64,000 nt of DNA from Desulfobacteraceae bacterium Eth-SRB1 (GTDB lineage Bacteria > Desulfobacterota > Desulfobacteria > Desulfobacterales > ETH-SRB1). Position 1 is the first letter of the stretch. The number at the start of each line of letters is the position of its first letter. The DNA is taken from NCBI GenBank assembly GCA_004193555.1, contig RPGP01000001.1, positions 192,114 to 256,113 on the forward strand, written 5' to 3'. This document shows positions 17,762 through 27,025 of this stretch, piece by piece. Made by a program: the position numbers and the translations under genes. The notes below the pieces were generated by a model that was not told the origin of the DNA, made no database searches, and was given only the letters and a program-made list of their open reading frames with translations.

Positions 17762-18945
17762 CATCCCCTATACTTATCCATTGCCTTTTTAAACCCCGGC
17801 ATAGAATTAATTATAGTTTCATCATCCACGCAGAAAGCGATCCTAAAGTGTCCGGGCGCGCCAAAACCGCTTCCCGGCACAACAAGTATCAATTCTTCCT
17901 GAAGCGTCTTTACAAATTCAACATCATCAGGAATCGGAGTCCTGGGAAAAAGATAGAAAGCTCCCGGAGGCCTGAGAAACTCATATCCGCTGTCTGCAAG
18001 GCCATTGCATAAAAGATCCCTTTTCCTTGCATATTCGGAAACATCCACGCTCATCCCCTGTATGGATGCCACAACCCGCTGCATAAGGGCAGGGGCGTTT
18101 ACAAACCCTAAAATCCTGTTGGCAAGGGCCATGCCCCCTAAAAGATTCTCCTTAAAGGAAGCGTCCGGGTTAACCGCAATAAATCCTATGCGCTCTCCTG
18201 GAATCGAAATATCCTTGGAATATGAAGTGGCGATTATGCTTTCATTATAGCAGGAAAATATACTTGGCACTTTAAGCCCGTCATATACTATCTTCCGGTA
18301 CGGCTCATCTGAAATCATATAGATTGTCCTGCCGGAACTGTTGCTCCTGTCTTTTAAAAGAGCGCCAAGTTCATTGAGGCTCTCTTTTGAATATACCTGG
18401 CCTGTGGGATTGTTCGGCGAATTTATCAGGACAGCCTTGGTTTTTTCAGTAATTGCGGATGAAATAGCGTCAATATTCAGGGAAAAATCGGGTTTTGTCG
18501 AAACAGTCTTTAATACACCGCCATGATTGTCTGCATAAAAACTGTATTCTACAAAATAGGGAGCAGGAGTTATAACCTCATCTCCAGGATCAAGTATAGC
18601 CTTCAGTATAACATTAAGGCCTCCTGCCGCTCCGCATGTCATGATAATCTCATTTTCAGAAATTCGCGCCTGCTGCTCCGCGGAAAGATAATCCGCCACA
18701 GATTTGCGTACATGCGGATAACCGGTATTCGGCATATAAGCATGGTTTCTGTCTCCGGATGCGGATGCAGCCTCTATAAGAGCTTTCCTGAACTCTTCCG
18801 GAGGCTTCAAGTTCGGATTGCCCAGGCTGAAGTCAAAAACATTATCCGCCCCATGCTCTGCCTTAAGCCGCGCCCCATCTTCAAACATCTTCCGGATCCA
18901 GGATGCCCTTGACATCATTGTTTCAATCTTTTTCGCTATTGTCAT
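17761..18945 (-). CDS. pyridoxal phosphate-dependent aminotransferase (class I/II, aspartate/alanine type)
   Basis: The ORF has NPNNPTG and SYSKD motifs. The start is at MTIAKK, preceded by GGAGG; upstream codons are repeat-derived. Confidence 0.8.
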   Translation of the reverse strand: MTIAKKIETMMSRASWIRKMFEDGARLKAEHGADNVFDFSLGNPNLKPPEEFRKALIEAASASGDRNHAYMPNTGYPHVRKSVADYLSAEQQARISENEIIMTCGAAGGLNVILKAILDPGDEVITPAPYFVEYSFYADNHGGVLKTVSTKPDFSLNIDAISSAITEKTKAVLINSPNNPTGQVYSKESLNELGALLKDRSNSSGRTIYMISDEPYRKIVYDGLKVPSIFSCYNESIIATSYSKDISIPGERIGFIAVNPDASFKENLLGGMALANRILGFVNAPALMQRVVASIQGMSVDVSEYARKRDLLCNGLADSGYEFLRPPGAFYLFPRTPIPDDVEFVKTLQEELILVVPGSGFGAPGHFRIAFCVDDETIINSMPGFKKAMDKYRG

Positions 18946-19004
18946 ATTTAACAAACCTCCATGTTCACGGTTTTCCGACTTCCGACCTCCGACCTCTAAT
19001 CCCT

Positions 19005-19229
19005 TCACGCCTGTTCCACAGATTTTACCTCCGGTATCTCCTGTTTCAGCAATCTTTCTATTCCGTTTTTAAGGGTCATCTGCGACATGGGGCATCCGGC
19101 GCATGCGCCCTGCAGGCGCACAGTAACCACTCCGTCTTTATAATCGATCAGCTCCACATCGCCTCCGTCTGCCTGGAGCATCGGCCTGATTTTGTTGATT
19201 ATTTCCTGAATTTTTTCCTTCACAATCAA
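19005..19229 (-). CDS. NifU-like Fe-S cluster assembly domain protein
   Basis: The 74-aa ORF has the GGDVEL and CxGCP (ACAGCPMS) motifs of the NifU C-terminal domain. Confidence 0.8.
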   Translation of the reverse strand: MIVKEKIQEIINKIRPMLQADGGDVELIDYKDGVVTVRLQGACAGCPMSQMTLKNGIERLLKQEIPEVKSVEQA

Positions 19230-19247
19230 ATTCCTCCTTATTTTTTT

Positions 19248-19333
19248 ACCACTGAGATCACAGAGAACACAGAGAATTTTCTTTTTGTTTTTTTATATAT
19301 TATCCCTCTGTGGTCTCTGTGGGCTCTGTGGTT
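19248..19333. repeat. CACAGAG 9-mer hairpin
   Basis: accactgagatcacagagaacacagagaa pairs with ccctctgtggtctctgtgggctctgtggt. The hairpin ends on the tgt stop codon. Confidence 0.8.
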
Positions 19334-20453
19334 AATCCTTCTTTTTAGCGGCTAAACTGTTATAAAATTTCTCTCTGAACACCTCAAACTTATCATCAAT
19401 TATTGCCTTTCGCATATTCTTCATCAAGCCGACATAATAGTTTATATTATGAATTGTATTTAAACGATAGGCAAGCAGTTCTTTTGACATATAAAGGTGG
19501 CGCAGATAAGCCTTGGAATAATTTCTGCACGTATAACATGTACACCCCTGCTCCACAGGCTCTTTATCATACTTGAACCGTGAATTAGATATGTTTATCG
19601 TGCCGCAGCTTGTAAACAACTGCCCGTTCCTGGCATTTCTGGTGGGCATAACACAATCAAACATGTCTGCGCCAAGGGCAACAAGCTCGACAATATCCTC
19701 AGGAGTTCCCACGCCCATGATGTATTTGGGCTTATTATCAGGCAGCTCAGGCAGCGTAAAATCCGCAATATCAAGCATTATATCTTTTGGTTCGCCCACG
19801 CTCAACCCGCCGATTGCATAGCCGCTGAAACCGATGTCAACGAGAGCTTCAACAGACATCTCCCTTAGATCCTTGAACATCCCACCCTGAACAATACCGA
19901 AAAGAGCGGATTTTGAACCATTATCCCATGCTGTTTTACATTTTTCAGCCCAGCTTGTGGTAAGTTTAAGGGCGTACATTGCTTCATCTCTGCTTGACGG
20001 ATATGCAATGCAATTATCGAGGCACATCATTATATCAGAACCGAGACAGTTTTGTATTTCAACCGCCTTTTCAGGTGTCAGCAAATGGCTCGATCCATCG
20101 ATATGAGATTGAAATGAAACCCCCTCGGGAGATATTTTCGCAAGCTTTGCAAGGGAAAATATCTGAAATCCGCCGCTATCCGTCAGAATTGGCCTGTTCC
20201 AGTTCATAAATCTGTGCAAGCCGGAAAAGAGGCTTATCACATCGCAACCCGGCCTTAAGTACAAATGGTATGTATTCCCCAAAATTATACTGGCTCCGGC
20301 GCCCGCAAGCTCTTCCGGAGACACCGATTTCACGCTTGCAAGAGTGCCCACAGGCATAAACACAGGTGTTTCAATCACACCGTGAGAAGTCTGCAACAGC
20401 CCCGCCCGGGCTCTTGTCTTTTTAGATTTTGCTGTTATCTTAAAATTGAACAT
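19332..20453 (-). CDS. tgt: tRNA-guanine transglycosylase
   Basis: The ORF has TPVFMPVGT and DSGGFQ motifs and the zinc site CxCxxC...H. The start is set at MFNFKI. Confidence 0.9.
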   Translation of the reverse strand: MFNFKITAKSKKTRARAGLLQTSHGVIETPVFMPVGTLASVKSVSPEELAGAGASIILGNTYHLYLRPGCDVISLFSGLHRFMNWNRPILTDSGGFQIFSLAKLAKISPEGVSFQSHIDGSSHLLTPEKAVEIQNCLGSDIMMCLDNCIAYPSSRDEAMYALKLTTSWAEKCKTAWDNGSKSALFGIVQGGMFKDLREMSVEALVDIGFSGYAIGGLSVGEPKDIMLDIADFTLPELPDNKPKYIMGVGTPEDIVELVALGADMFDCVMPTRNARNGQLFTSCGTINISNSRFKYDKEPVEQGCTCYTCRNYSKAYLRHLYMSKELLAYRLNTIHNINYYVGLMKNMRKAIIDDKFEVFREKFYNSLAAKKKD

Positions 20454-20557
20454 GTTTAAATAATTTGGTTCACGGTTCAAGGTTCACGGTTCTCCAACTT
20501 CTAAACCCTGAACCCACAGTTACATAAACTTGACCATTATCTGAATAACGAAGATAT

Positions 20558-20685
20558 TAAAAGATGAACGTCCAACATCGAACATCGAATAATGAAATCG
20601 CTTCGCTCCGCCGGTTTATAAATTGGCAGAATACCTTATTCAAAATTCGACGTTGGACGTTCGATGTTCGATGTTTATTTTTTTC
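20558..20685. repeat. GAACATC-heptamer palindromic element (B-type), copy 4
   Basis: The core is aataatgaaatcgcttcgctccgccggtttataaatt. The element is followed by the shared module cagcgctactgctggg...gctacgatcc, also present at 22441-22490. Confidence 0.85.
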
Positions 20686-20776
20686 AGCGCTACTGCTGGG
20701 AACAGAGCCCCCACGCTACGATCCCTAATCCTCAAATCCCTTAATCCCCTAACACCTGACACTTAACACCTAACAC

Positions 20777-21838
20777 TTATATTATAACCATCGCATCCCC
20801 ATAACTGTAAAACCTGTACCTTTCCTTTATCGCCTCTTTGTATGCATTCAGAATACTTTCCCGTCCGGCAAAAGCCGATACAAGCATCAGCAGGGTTGAT
20901 TCAGGTAAATGAAAATTTGTAACCATTGCGTCTATAACTTTAAACCTGTAGCCGGGATATATAAAAAGATCGCAGTGTCCACCACCGGAAGCAATATGTC
21001 CGTTTTTATCCGATGCATACTCCAGAGTTCGCACACATGTTGTCCCTACAGCCACTATTCGGCTTCCCCGCTCTTTTGCAGTGTTGATTAACTCTGCGCT
21101 TTTCTTAGAAATATGAAACTGCTCGGAATGAATCATGTGATCCCTGATATCGCTCTCCCTTACAGGCAAAAAGGTGCCATATCCTACATGGAGGGTAATT
21201 TCTGCTGTCTTGACTCCAACACCCTTTATTTTTTCAATAAGACTTTCAGAAAAATGGAGACCTGCCGTAGGCGCCGCAATCGCCCCTTTTTCACTGGCAT
21301 ATACTGTCTGGTAAGACCTCTTGTCATCGCAGGCAGAGCCTTTGCCGTTTCTTTTAATATAAGGCGGAAGCGGCACATTCCCTATCCTGTAAAGCAGGGT
21401 TTCAAAATCTCCATCATATAAAAACCTTACATTAAAATATCCATTTCTAACTTCGAGCACTTCGGCTTTTAATCCCTGATCAAAAAAAAGCAGCGCTCCT
21501 GGTTTCGGACGTTTTGAAGCCTTTATAAGACATTCACATATAAATTCGCCGTTAGCCTCCCTTTTTACAGCGCCTCCGGCATAGTCAAGAATAAGGAGTT
21601 CCACCTTTCCGCCGGTTTCCTTGTTTCCAAAAAGACGTCCGGGGATAACCTCCGTATTGTTTATAACCAGTATGTCCGACGGCCGCAAAAGGTCGGAAAT
21701 TTCATAAAATAAATGATGGGACACTTCTCCTGTCCTGCGGCGCAAAAACAACAGCCTCGACCGGTCTCTCTGGTCTGCCGGCTTTTGAGCAATAAACTCT
21801 TCAGGAAAATCGTAGTTATAGTCAATAAGTGAGTACAT
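20777..21838 (-). CDS. queA: S-adenosylmethionine:tRNA ribosyltransferase-isomerase
   Basis: The ORF has DYNYDFPEEFIAQKP, PLPPYI and GTT.VRTLE motifs. The start is set at MYSLIDY; upstream codons are repeat arm. Confidence 0.9.
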   Translation of the reverse strand: MYSLIDYNYDFPEEFIAQKPADQRDRSRLLFLRRRTGEVSHHLFYEISDLLRPSDILVINNTEVIPGRLFGNKETGGKVELLILDYAGGAVKREANGEFICECLIKASKRPKPGALLFFDQGLKAEVLEVRNGYFNVRFLYDGDFETLLYRIGNVPLPPYIKRNGKGSACDDKRSYQTVYASEKGAIAAPTAGLHFSESLIEKIKGVGVKTAEITLHVGYGTFLPVRESDIRDHMIHSEQFHISKKSAELINTAKERGSRIVAVGTTCVRTLEYASDKNGHIASGGGHCDLFIYPGYRFKVIDAMVTNFHLPESTLLMLVSAFAGRESILNAYKEAIKERYRFYSYGDAMVII

Positions 21839-21845
21839 AATATTT

Positions 21846-22437
21846 AAAAGATGAACGTCCAACATCGAACATTGAACATCCAACATCGAATAATGCTATC
21901 GCTTCGCTCCTCAATTTATTTCTGTTTCTTTTCAGCCGTTCTGATACTCGTAACGAAAATCTTAATTAATTCCTCTGTTTCCTGTAAAATATCATCTAAT
22001 AGTTCAGGTTTTTTAATTAAAGGCACACGCTGAATAAGTTTTAACCATCGCTGGCTCTCCCTGAGTTCCTTTAATGAGATACGAAGCTTATGGATAAAGT
22101 CCTTTGGGGACTCCGCTGCCTGAGCTTCACCATGGTTTGGATAAGGTGAAGTTCCCGATCTTAACAATTGGCCAGCAACATGGTTGCCTGTTCTGGTATT
22201 TGGCATCTGTTCAACGATCTTTATTATTCGCACCGAATACTCGAGCAGCCTTTCTTCCAGATCATATGTTTGTTTCTTCATCTTTTCCCATTCAACGTTC
22301 GATGCTCATCCATTTGGATTGTTGATTGATGATTTTCTCGTTCCCACGCTCTTGCGTGTGAATTCATATTTGAAGGAGCGAAGCGACATCATCATTCAAA
22401 ATTCGATGTTGGACGTTCGATGTTCGATGTTCATTTT
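21846..22437. mobile_element. B-type hairpin element carrying a four-helix-bundle gene in its loop
   Basis: The left arm is 21846-21894 plus core tcgcttcgctcctc. The right arm is 22371-22437 (gaaggagcgaagcgac plus cgatgttggacgttcgatgttcgatgttcat). ORF 21916-22281 lies between them. Confidence 0.7.
21916..22281 (-). CDS. four helix bundle protein (23S rRNA intervening sequence protein family)
   Basis: The 121-aa ORF has motifs LLRSGTS, KDFIHKLRISLKELRE and W characteristic of the TIGR02436/PF05635 family. Confidence 0.85.
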   Translation of the reverse strand: MKKQTYDLEERLLEYSVRIIKIVEQMPNTRTGNHVAGQLLRSGTSPYPNHGEAQAAESPKDFIHKLRISLKELRESQRWLKLIQRVPLIKKPELLDDILQETEELIKIFVTSIRTAEKKQK

Positions 22438-22496
22438 TTTCAGCGCTACTGCTGGGGACAGAGCCCCCGTGCTACGATCCTTAATTCCCTAATCCC

Positions 22497-22682
22497 TCAA
22501 TCCCTTCCCAAATATATCAGCGCTAAGCCTGTAAGCATAAGCACAAAACCGAACCAGCGGAGAGAGCTGTCCGGTATTTCAAGAACCTTTTGCACCCAGA
22601 ATTTCATCTTTTCCGGAAATGCAAAATACGGCAGCCCCTCAACTATCATCACCATTCCAAGTACACACAAGAAAAATTCCAT
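22497..22682 (-). CDS. DUF2065-like small membrane protein
   Basis: The 61-aa ORF has two TM segments and an EGLPYFAFP motif. Confidence 0.6.
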   Translation of the reverse strand: MEFFLCVLGMVMIVEGLPYFAFPEKMKFWVQKVLEIPDSSLRWFGFVLMLTGLALIYLGRD

Positions 22683-22960
22683 TTAATTCCTCTTTTTTAT
22701 CACGAAAACACGAAAGTACGAAAACACGAAGAAAAGCATAAAAAAGTATGATGAACCCGTAAAAAGTCATTCCAGAACCGCATCAAGCCCCACCCCTTCC
22801 CTTTCCTCTTCGTGGCCTTCGTGTTCTTCGTGGTACAACACACTCTGTGGTAAAAAATCGACTTTATACGAAACCGTCAAAATTTTATTTTATAAACTTA
22901 TGCACCCTGTTTTGTCAAAACAAAATGGCTTGACTATGCGCCGCATTAAGATATAAATTG

Positions 22961-23040
22961 TTCAGGAGTTCAGGAGTTCAGGAGTTCAGGAGTTCAGGAG
23001 TTCAGGAGTTCAGGGGTTCAGGGGTTCAGGGGTTCAGGGG
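22961..23040. repeat. 10-unit octamer tandem array (6 x TTCAGGAG then 4 x TTCAGGGG)
   Basis: A direct count gives 80 nt with period 8. Confidence 0.9.
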
Positions 23041-23044
23041 ACTG

Positions 23045-23178
23045 AAAAAGATGAACATCGAACGTCCAACATCGAATGATGAATGTTGTTGTCGCTTCGC
23101 TCCTCAATTTGGAAACAAACTGAGCGAAGCGACTCATTAACTTTAGGCACTTTAGCTCACTTTAGGCACTTTTTAACT
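23045..23178. repeat. chimeric element: GAACATC arm + GCTTCGCT core hairpin + CTAAAGT arm
   Basis: The first ~78 nt are identical to the reverse complement of 17549-17689. The core stem is gtcgcttcgctc/gagcgaagcgac. Confidence 0.85.
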
Positions 23179-23264
23179 TTTTCTGTTTCGTGTTTTCGTA
23201 ATATTTTTTTATTTATACTTTTCTCTGTGATCTCTGTGATCTCCGTGGTTAACAAAATATAATT

Positions 23265-24695
23265 ATGGAATTTGAATCTGTTATAGGGCTTGAAATACAT
23301 GCCCAGCTAAAGACAAAAACAAAAATCTTCTGCGGCTGTTCAACAAAATTCGGAGCCCCTCCCAATACCCATACCTGTCCGGTATGTCTTGGCATGCCCG
23401 GGGTGCTCCCTGTGCTCAACAAAAAGGTTGTTGAATACAGTTTGCGCATGGCGCTTGCCACAAATTGCAAAATCAACAGGCAAAGCAGATTTGCCAGGAA
23501 AAACTACTTTTATCCTGACCTTCCAAAAGGGTACCAGATCTCCCAGTATGAACTGCCGATTGCGGAAAACGGGCATGTCGATATTGAAATCAACAGCCAT
23601 AAAAAAAGGATCGGAATCACAAGAATTCACATGGAAGAGGATGCAGGCAAACTGACTCACAATCCTGACAGGCCGCTTAGTATGGTCGATTTCAACAGGA
23701 CAGGGGTTCCTCTTATTGAGATAGTCAGCGAGCCGGATCTAAGATCCCCTGAAGAAGCCGGGGCATACTTAAGGCAGCTCAGGTCGATTGTTCGTTATCT
23801 CAGTATATGCGACGGCAACATGGAGGAGGGAAGCTTCAGGTGCGATGCAAACGTATCGATCAGGCCGATTGGCTCTGAAACTTTCGGCACGCGCGCAGAG
23901 CTTAAAAATTTAAATTCCTTTAAACATGTTGAAAAGGCGCTGCAATACGAAATAACAAGGCAAAAAGAAATTTTATCTGACGGCGGTGAGGTAATCCAGG
24001 AAACAAGGCTATGGAGCCCTGATAAAAACAGGACGACTTCAATGCGATCAAAGGAGGAGGCGCACGATTACAGGTATTTTCCAGACCCTGATCTTTTGCC
24101 TCTTGTAATTGACGATACATGGATTAATAATGTAAAAAAAAGCCTGCCCGAACTGCCGGATGAAAGAAAAATCCGTTTTATAAACAAATTTTTCCTTTCT
24201 TCAAACGACGCCGAAGCATTGACATCCAGCCGGGAGCTTGCAGAATATTTTGAGGAATGTGTAAAACAATTTCCGAATCCAAAACAGGTTTGCAACTGGG
24301 TCATGGGGGAGCTGCTCGGACTATTGAATGCAGAAGAAAAAACCATAAATGAATCCCCGGTTTCAACCGGCGATCTTGCCGGGCTGCTCAAATTAATCGA
24401 CAAAGGGGTCATAAGCGGCAAAATCGCAAAAACGGTATTTGAAGAAATGGCAAAAACAGGCCGTGCCCCTGAAAAGATTGTAAAGGAAAAACAGCTTGTA
24501 CAGGTCACGGACGTATCTGCCATTGAAGAGGTGGTATCAAAGATACTTTCAAACAACCCCAAAGAGGTGGAGGCTTACAAAAACGGCAAAACCAAACTTA
24601 TGGGTTTCTTCGTCGGCCAGGTTATGAAAGAAACAAGGGGCAAGGCCAATCCGAAGATCGTGAATGAAGTCCTGAAAAAGAGGCTGATAAATTAA
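23265..24695 (+). CDS. gatB: Asp-tRNA(Asn)/Glu-tRNA(Gln) amidotransferase subunit B
   Basis: The N-terminus is [15 protein letters not shown] and the [10 protein letters not shown] motif is present. The ORF is full length at 476 aa. Confidence 0.95.
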   Translation: MEFESVIGLEIHAQLKTKTKIFCGCSTKFGAPPNTHTCPVCLGMPGVLPVLNKKVVEYSLRMALATNCKINRQSRFARKNYFYPDLPKGYQISQYELPIAENGHVDIEINSHKKRIGITRIHMEEDAGKLTHNPDRPLSMVDFNRTGVPLIEIVSEPDLRSPEEAGAYLRQLRSIVRYLSICDGNMEEGSFRCDANVSIRPIGSETFGTRAELKNLNSFKHVEKALQYEITRQKEILSDGGEVIQETRLWSPDKNRTTSMRSKEEAHDYRYFPDPDLLPLVIDDTWINNVKKSLPELPDERKIRFINKFFLSSNDAEALTSSRELAEYFEECVKQFPNPKQVCNWVMGELLGLLNAEEKTINESPVSTGDLAGLLKLIDKGVISGKIAKTVFEEMAKTGRAPEKIVKEKQLVQVTDVSAIEEVVSKILSNNPKEVEAYKNGKTKLMGFFVGQVMKETRGKANPKIVNEVLKKRLIN

Positions 24696-25222
24696 GTGCC
24701 TAAAATGCCTAAAGTATGTTAAAGTGCCTAAAGTTGTGGTACGCCTTCGGCGTGCTAATTTTAAAATTATAGGATGAAAGGTGGATAACAAAAAATTTGC
24801 TGCAGCGCTTGAAAAACGAACTCGTGAATTTGCGGTGCGGATTATTCACTTATCTTCGAAATTGCCGAATACACATGAAGGCAGAGTAATACGGAATCAG
24901 ATTACTAAATCCGGTACATCTATAGGCGCTAATTATCGTGAGGCAAATCATTCCAGAAGCAAAGCAGATTTTAAAAATAAAATCAAGATTTCTGAAAGTG
25001 AAGCAAGCGAAACTCAATATTGGATTGAAGTTGTTGTAGAGGCAAAAATGTTGCCATGGAAACAGGTAAAAGCAGAACACAAAGAATGTGGCGAACTATT
25101 GGCCATCTTTACTTCGATTTCTGCAAAACTTTAACTCATTTACAACTTATAACTTTAAAATAGACAGAATACATTAACTTTAGGCATTTTAGGCACTTTA
25201 ATATACTTTAGGCACTTTAGTT
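24696..25222. mobile_element. A-type hairpin element carrying a four-helix-bundle gene in its loop
   Basis: The element starts on the base after the gatB stop. The left arm is 24696-24745 and the right arm is 25176-25222; they are complementary over ~30 bp in best register. ORF 24781-25134 lies inside. Confidence 0.7.
24781..25134 (+). CDS. four helix bundle protein (23S rRNA intervening sequence protein family)
   Basis: The 117-aa ORF has a GTG start and motifs QITKSGTSIGANYREA, DFKNKIKISESEASET and YW. Confidence 0.85.
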   Translation: MDNKKFAAALEKRTREFAVRIIHLSSKLPNTHEGRVIRNQITKSGTSIGANYREANHSRSKADFKNKIKISESEASETQYWIEVVVEAKMLPWKQVKAEHKECGELLAIFTSISAKL

Positions 25223-25237
25223 TAGAAGGAGGAATTT

Positions 25238-26929
25238 TTGAAAAATTTATTTAATAAACTCATCAGGCTGGCTTTCGTTAGCCTTGCCTTTATAATAATT
25301 ATAGATTCACCAGCTCTTGCGTCCGCAAAACAAAGCACGATCGCAATCGTGCCGTTTACCATGAATGCGGAAAAGGATCTTACCTATCTGCAGGAAGGCA
25401 TCCTTTCAATGCTTACATCCCGCCTTTCATGGGAAAACAAGGTCTCTGTTATTGCCAGGCAGGAAACAGCCGCGGCTGTTAAAACTGTTGCTCCCCCTTT
25501 AAATGAGGCAAAGGCGCGTAAAATCGGCGAAATGCTCAAGGCCGATTACGTGCTTTTCGGCTCTCTTACCATATTCGGAAACAGCGTGAGCCTGGATGCA
25601 AAAATAGTGGATATTCCCAATACCAGACCACCTGTTTCAGTTTTTAACCAGAGCCAGGGCATGGAAGAGGTGATCCCCAGGATAAACTTGTTTGCCGAAG
25701 AGATAAATGAAAAGGTGTTTAACAGAAAAACCGCTGTCAGGCAGCTTCCGCAGCAAAGAGTTCCTACGCAAATGCCGTCCCAGTATATGCATCCTGAGCG
25801 CCTGCTTTCAGGAGAATTTGTCGGGCCGGAAGCTGGAATTGGAGGAGGGCAGGGAGCAGGACAAGGAGGCTCTTCCTTTATAATGACCGGGCGCAGCGAC
25901 AGGGCGCCGGGATTCTGGAAAAGCAAAAATTTCAGATTTCAGATAAGGGGTGTGGCGCTTGGAGATGTGGACGGGGACGGCAAAACAGAGACCGTAATCA
26001 TATCAAACCATGAAATCCATATTTACAGGTCTGAAGCAGGCCGTTTTTTAAAAATAAAAGAGATTGTCGGCGCAAAACATCATAAATATATCGCTGTTGA
26101 CATTGCCGATATACAAAAAAACGGGATTGCGGAGATCTTTATCACATGTTTAAACACAACCAGAAAAAGCCTTCAATCGTTTGTCCTGGAATGGGACGGA
26201 AGCGGGTTTGCCCCTGTTGCAAAGGATAAAAACTGGTATTTCAGGGTTCTTCACCGTCCTGAACTGGGCCATATGCTTACAGGCCAGAAAAAGGGGGTTT
26301 CAGACCTTTTTCTTGGCGGCGTTTACGAACTGACATGGACAGGCAGCGGATATGAAGCGCAAAACAGGATCAGCCTGCCAAAAGAGACCACGGTTTTCGG
26401 CTTTGCCATGGGTGACATATTAAATGACGGCGGCGAATCATTTGTCACACTGGATGATCACGACCGGCTCCGGCTCTTTAGTGTGGCGGGAGAGCGGGAA
26501 TGGAAAAGCGAAGACAGGTTCGGCGGCAGTGAAAATTATATTGATCTAGATTCCGCTGAAAAAAAGAGCGAATTTGAAGACCGCATCTACCTGCCCCACA
26601 GGATCTTTGTAACAGACTTAAACCAGGACGGCAAAACCGAGGTAGTTGTCATAAAACACAGCTCTATTTCAGGCCGGCTCTTCAGGCGGTTTCGCCAGTA
26701 CGGCAGCGCTCAGTTTGAATCCCTGTCCTGGAACGGTCTGGGACTTTCTGAAAACTGGCATACCCGCAAGGTGTCCGGCTATATCTGCGACTATGCCATA
26801 GGAGATATAAATAATGACGGGGGGCTCGACCTTGTGGCCGCAATTGTGAGCAAACGTGATGTAATCGGGCAAAAAGCAAAAAGCTCGATTATAACCTATG
26901 ACCTCAGCCCGCTTATCGGGAAAAAATAA
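25238..26929 (+). CDS. FG-GAP/VCBS repeat lipoprotein-like protein with LpoB/CsgG-like N-terminal domain
   Basis: The ORF has a signal peptide and repeated DxDGDGKTE / DxNxDG calcium-binding propeller motifs. It has a TTG start after AAGGAGG. Confidence 0.7.
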   Translation: MKNLFNKLIRLAFVSLAFIIIIDSPALASAKQSTIAIVPFTMNAEKDLTYLQEGILSMLTSRLSWENKVSVIARQETAAAVKTVAPPLNEAKARKIGEMLKADYVLFGSLTIFGNSVSLDAKIVDIPNTRPPVSVFNQSQGMEEVIPRINLFAEEINEKVFNRKTAVRQLPQQRVPTQMPSQYMHPERLLSGEFVGPEAGIGGGQGAGQGGSSFIMTGRSDRAPGFWKSKNFRFQIRGVALGDVDGDGKTETVIISNHEIHIYRSEAGRFLKIKEIVGAKHHKYIAVDIADIQKNGIAEIFITCLNTTRKSLQSFVLEWDGSGFAPVAKDKNWYFRVLHRPELGHMLTGQKKGVSDLFLGGVYELTWTGSGYEAQNRISLPKETTVFGFAMGDILNDGGESFVTLDDHDRLRLFSVAGEREWKSEDRFGGSENYIDLDSAEKKSEFEDRIYLPHRIFVTDLNQDGKTEVVVIKHSSISGRLFRRFRQYGSAQFESLSWNGLGLSENWHTRKVSGYICDYAIGDINNDGGLDLVAAIVSKRDVIGQKAKSSIITYDLSPLIGKK

Positions 26930-27025
26930 AAAATTATCACAAAGCACGAAGGTACGAAAACACGAAAAAATGACTGAAAAAAGAAAGATAACTCCAAAAA
27001 TCATGAATGAAGTGAGGACATAAAC

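Noticed and set aside
22961-23040. I considered whether the tandem arrays here, at 30272-30351 and elsewhere, are a CRISPR array.
   Set aside because: The units are 7-10 nt and contiguous with no spacers. No 25-40-nt repeats alternate with unique spacers, and no cas genes are present in the window.
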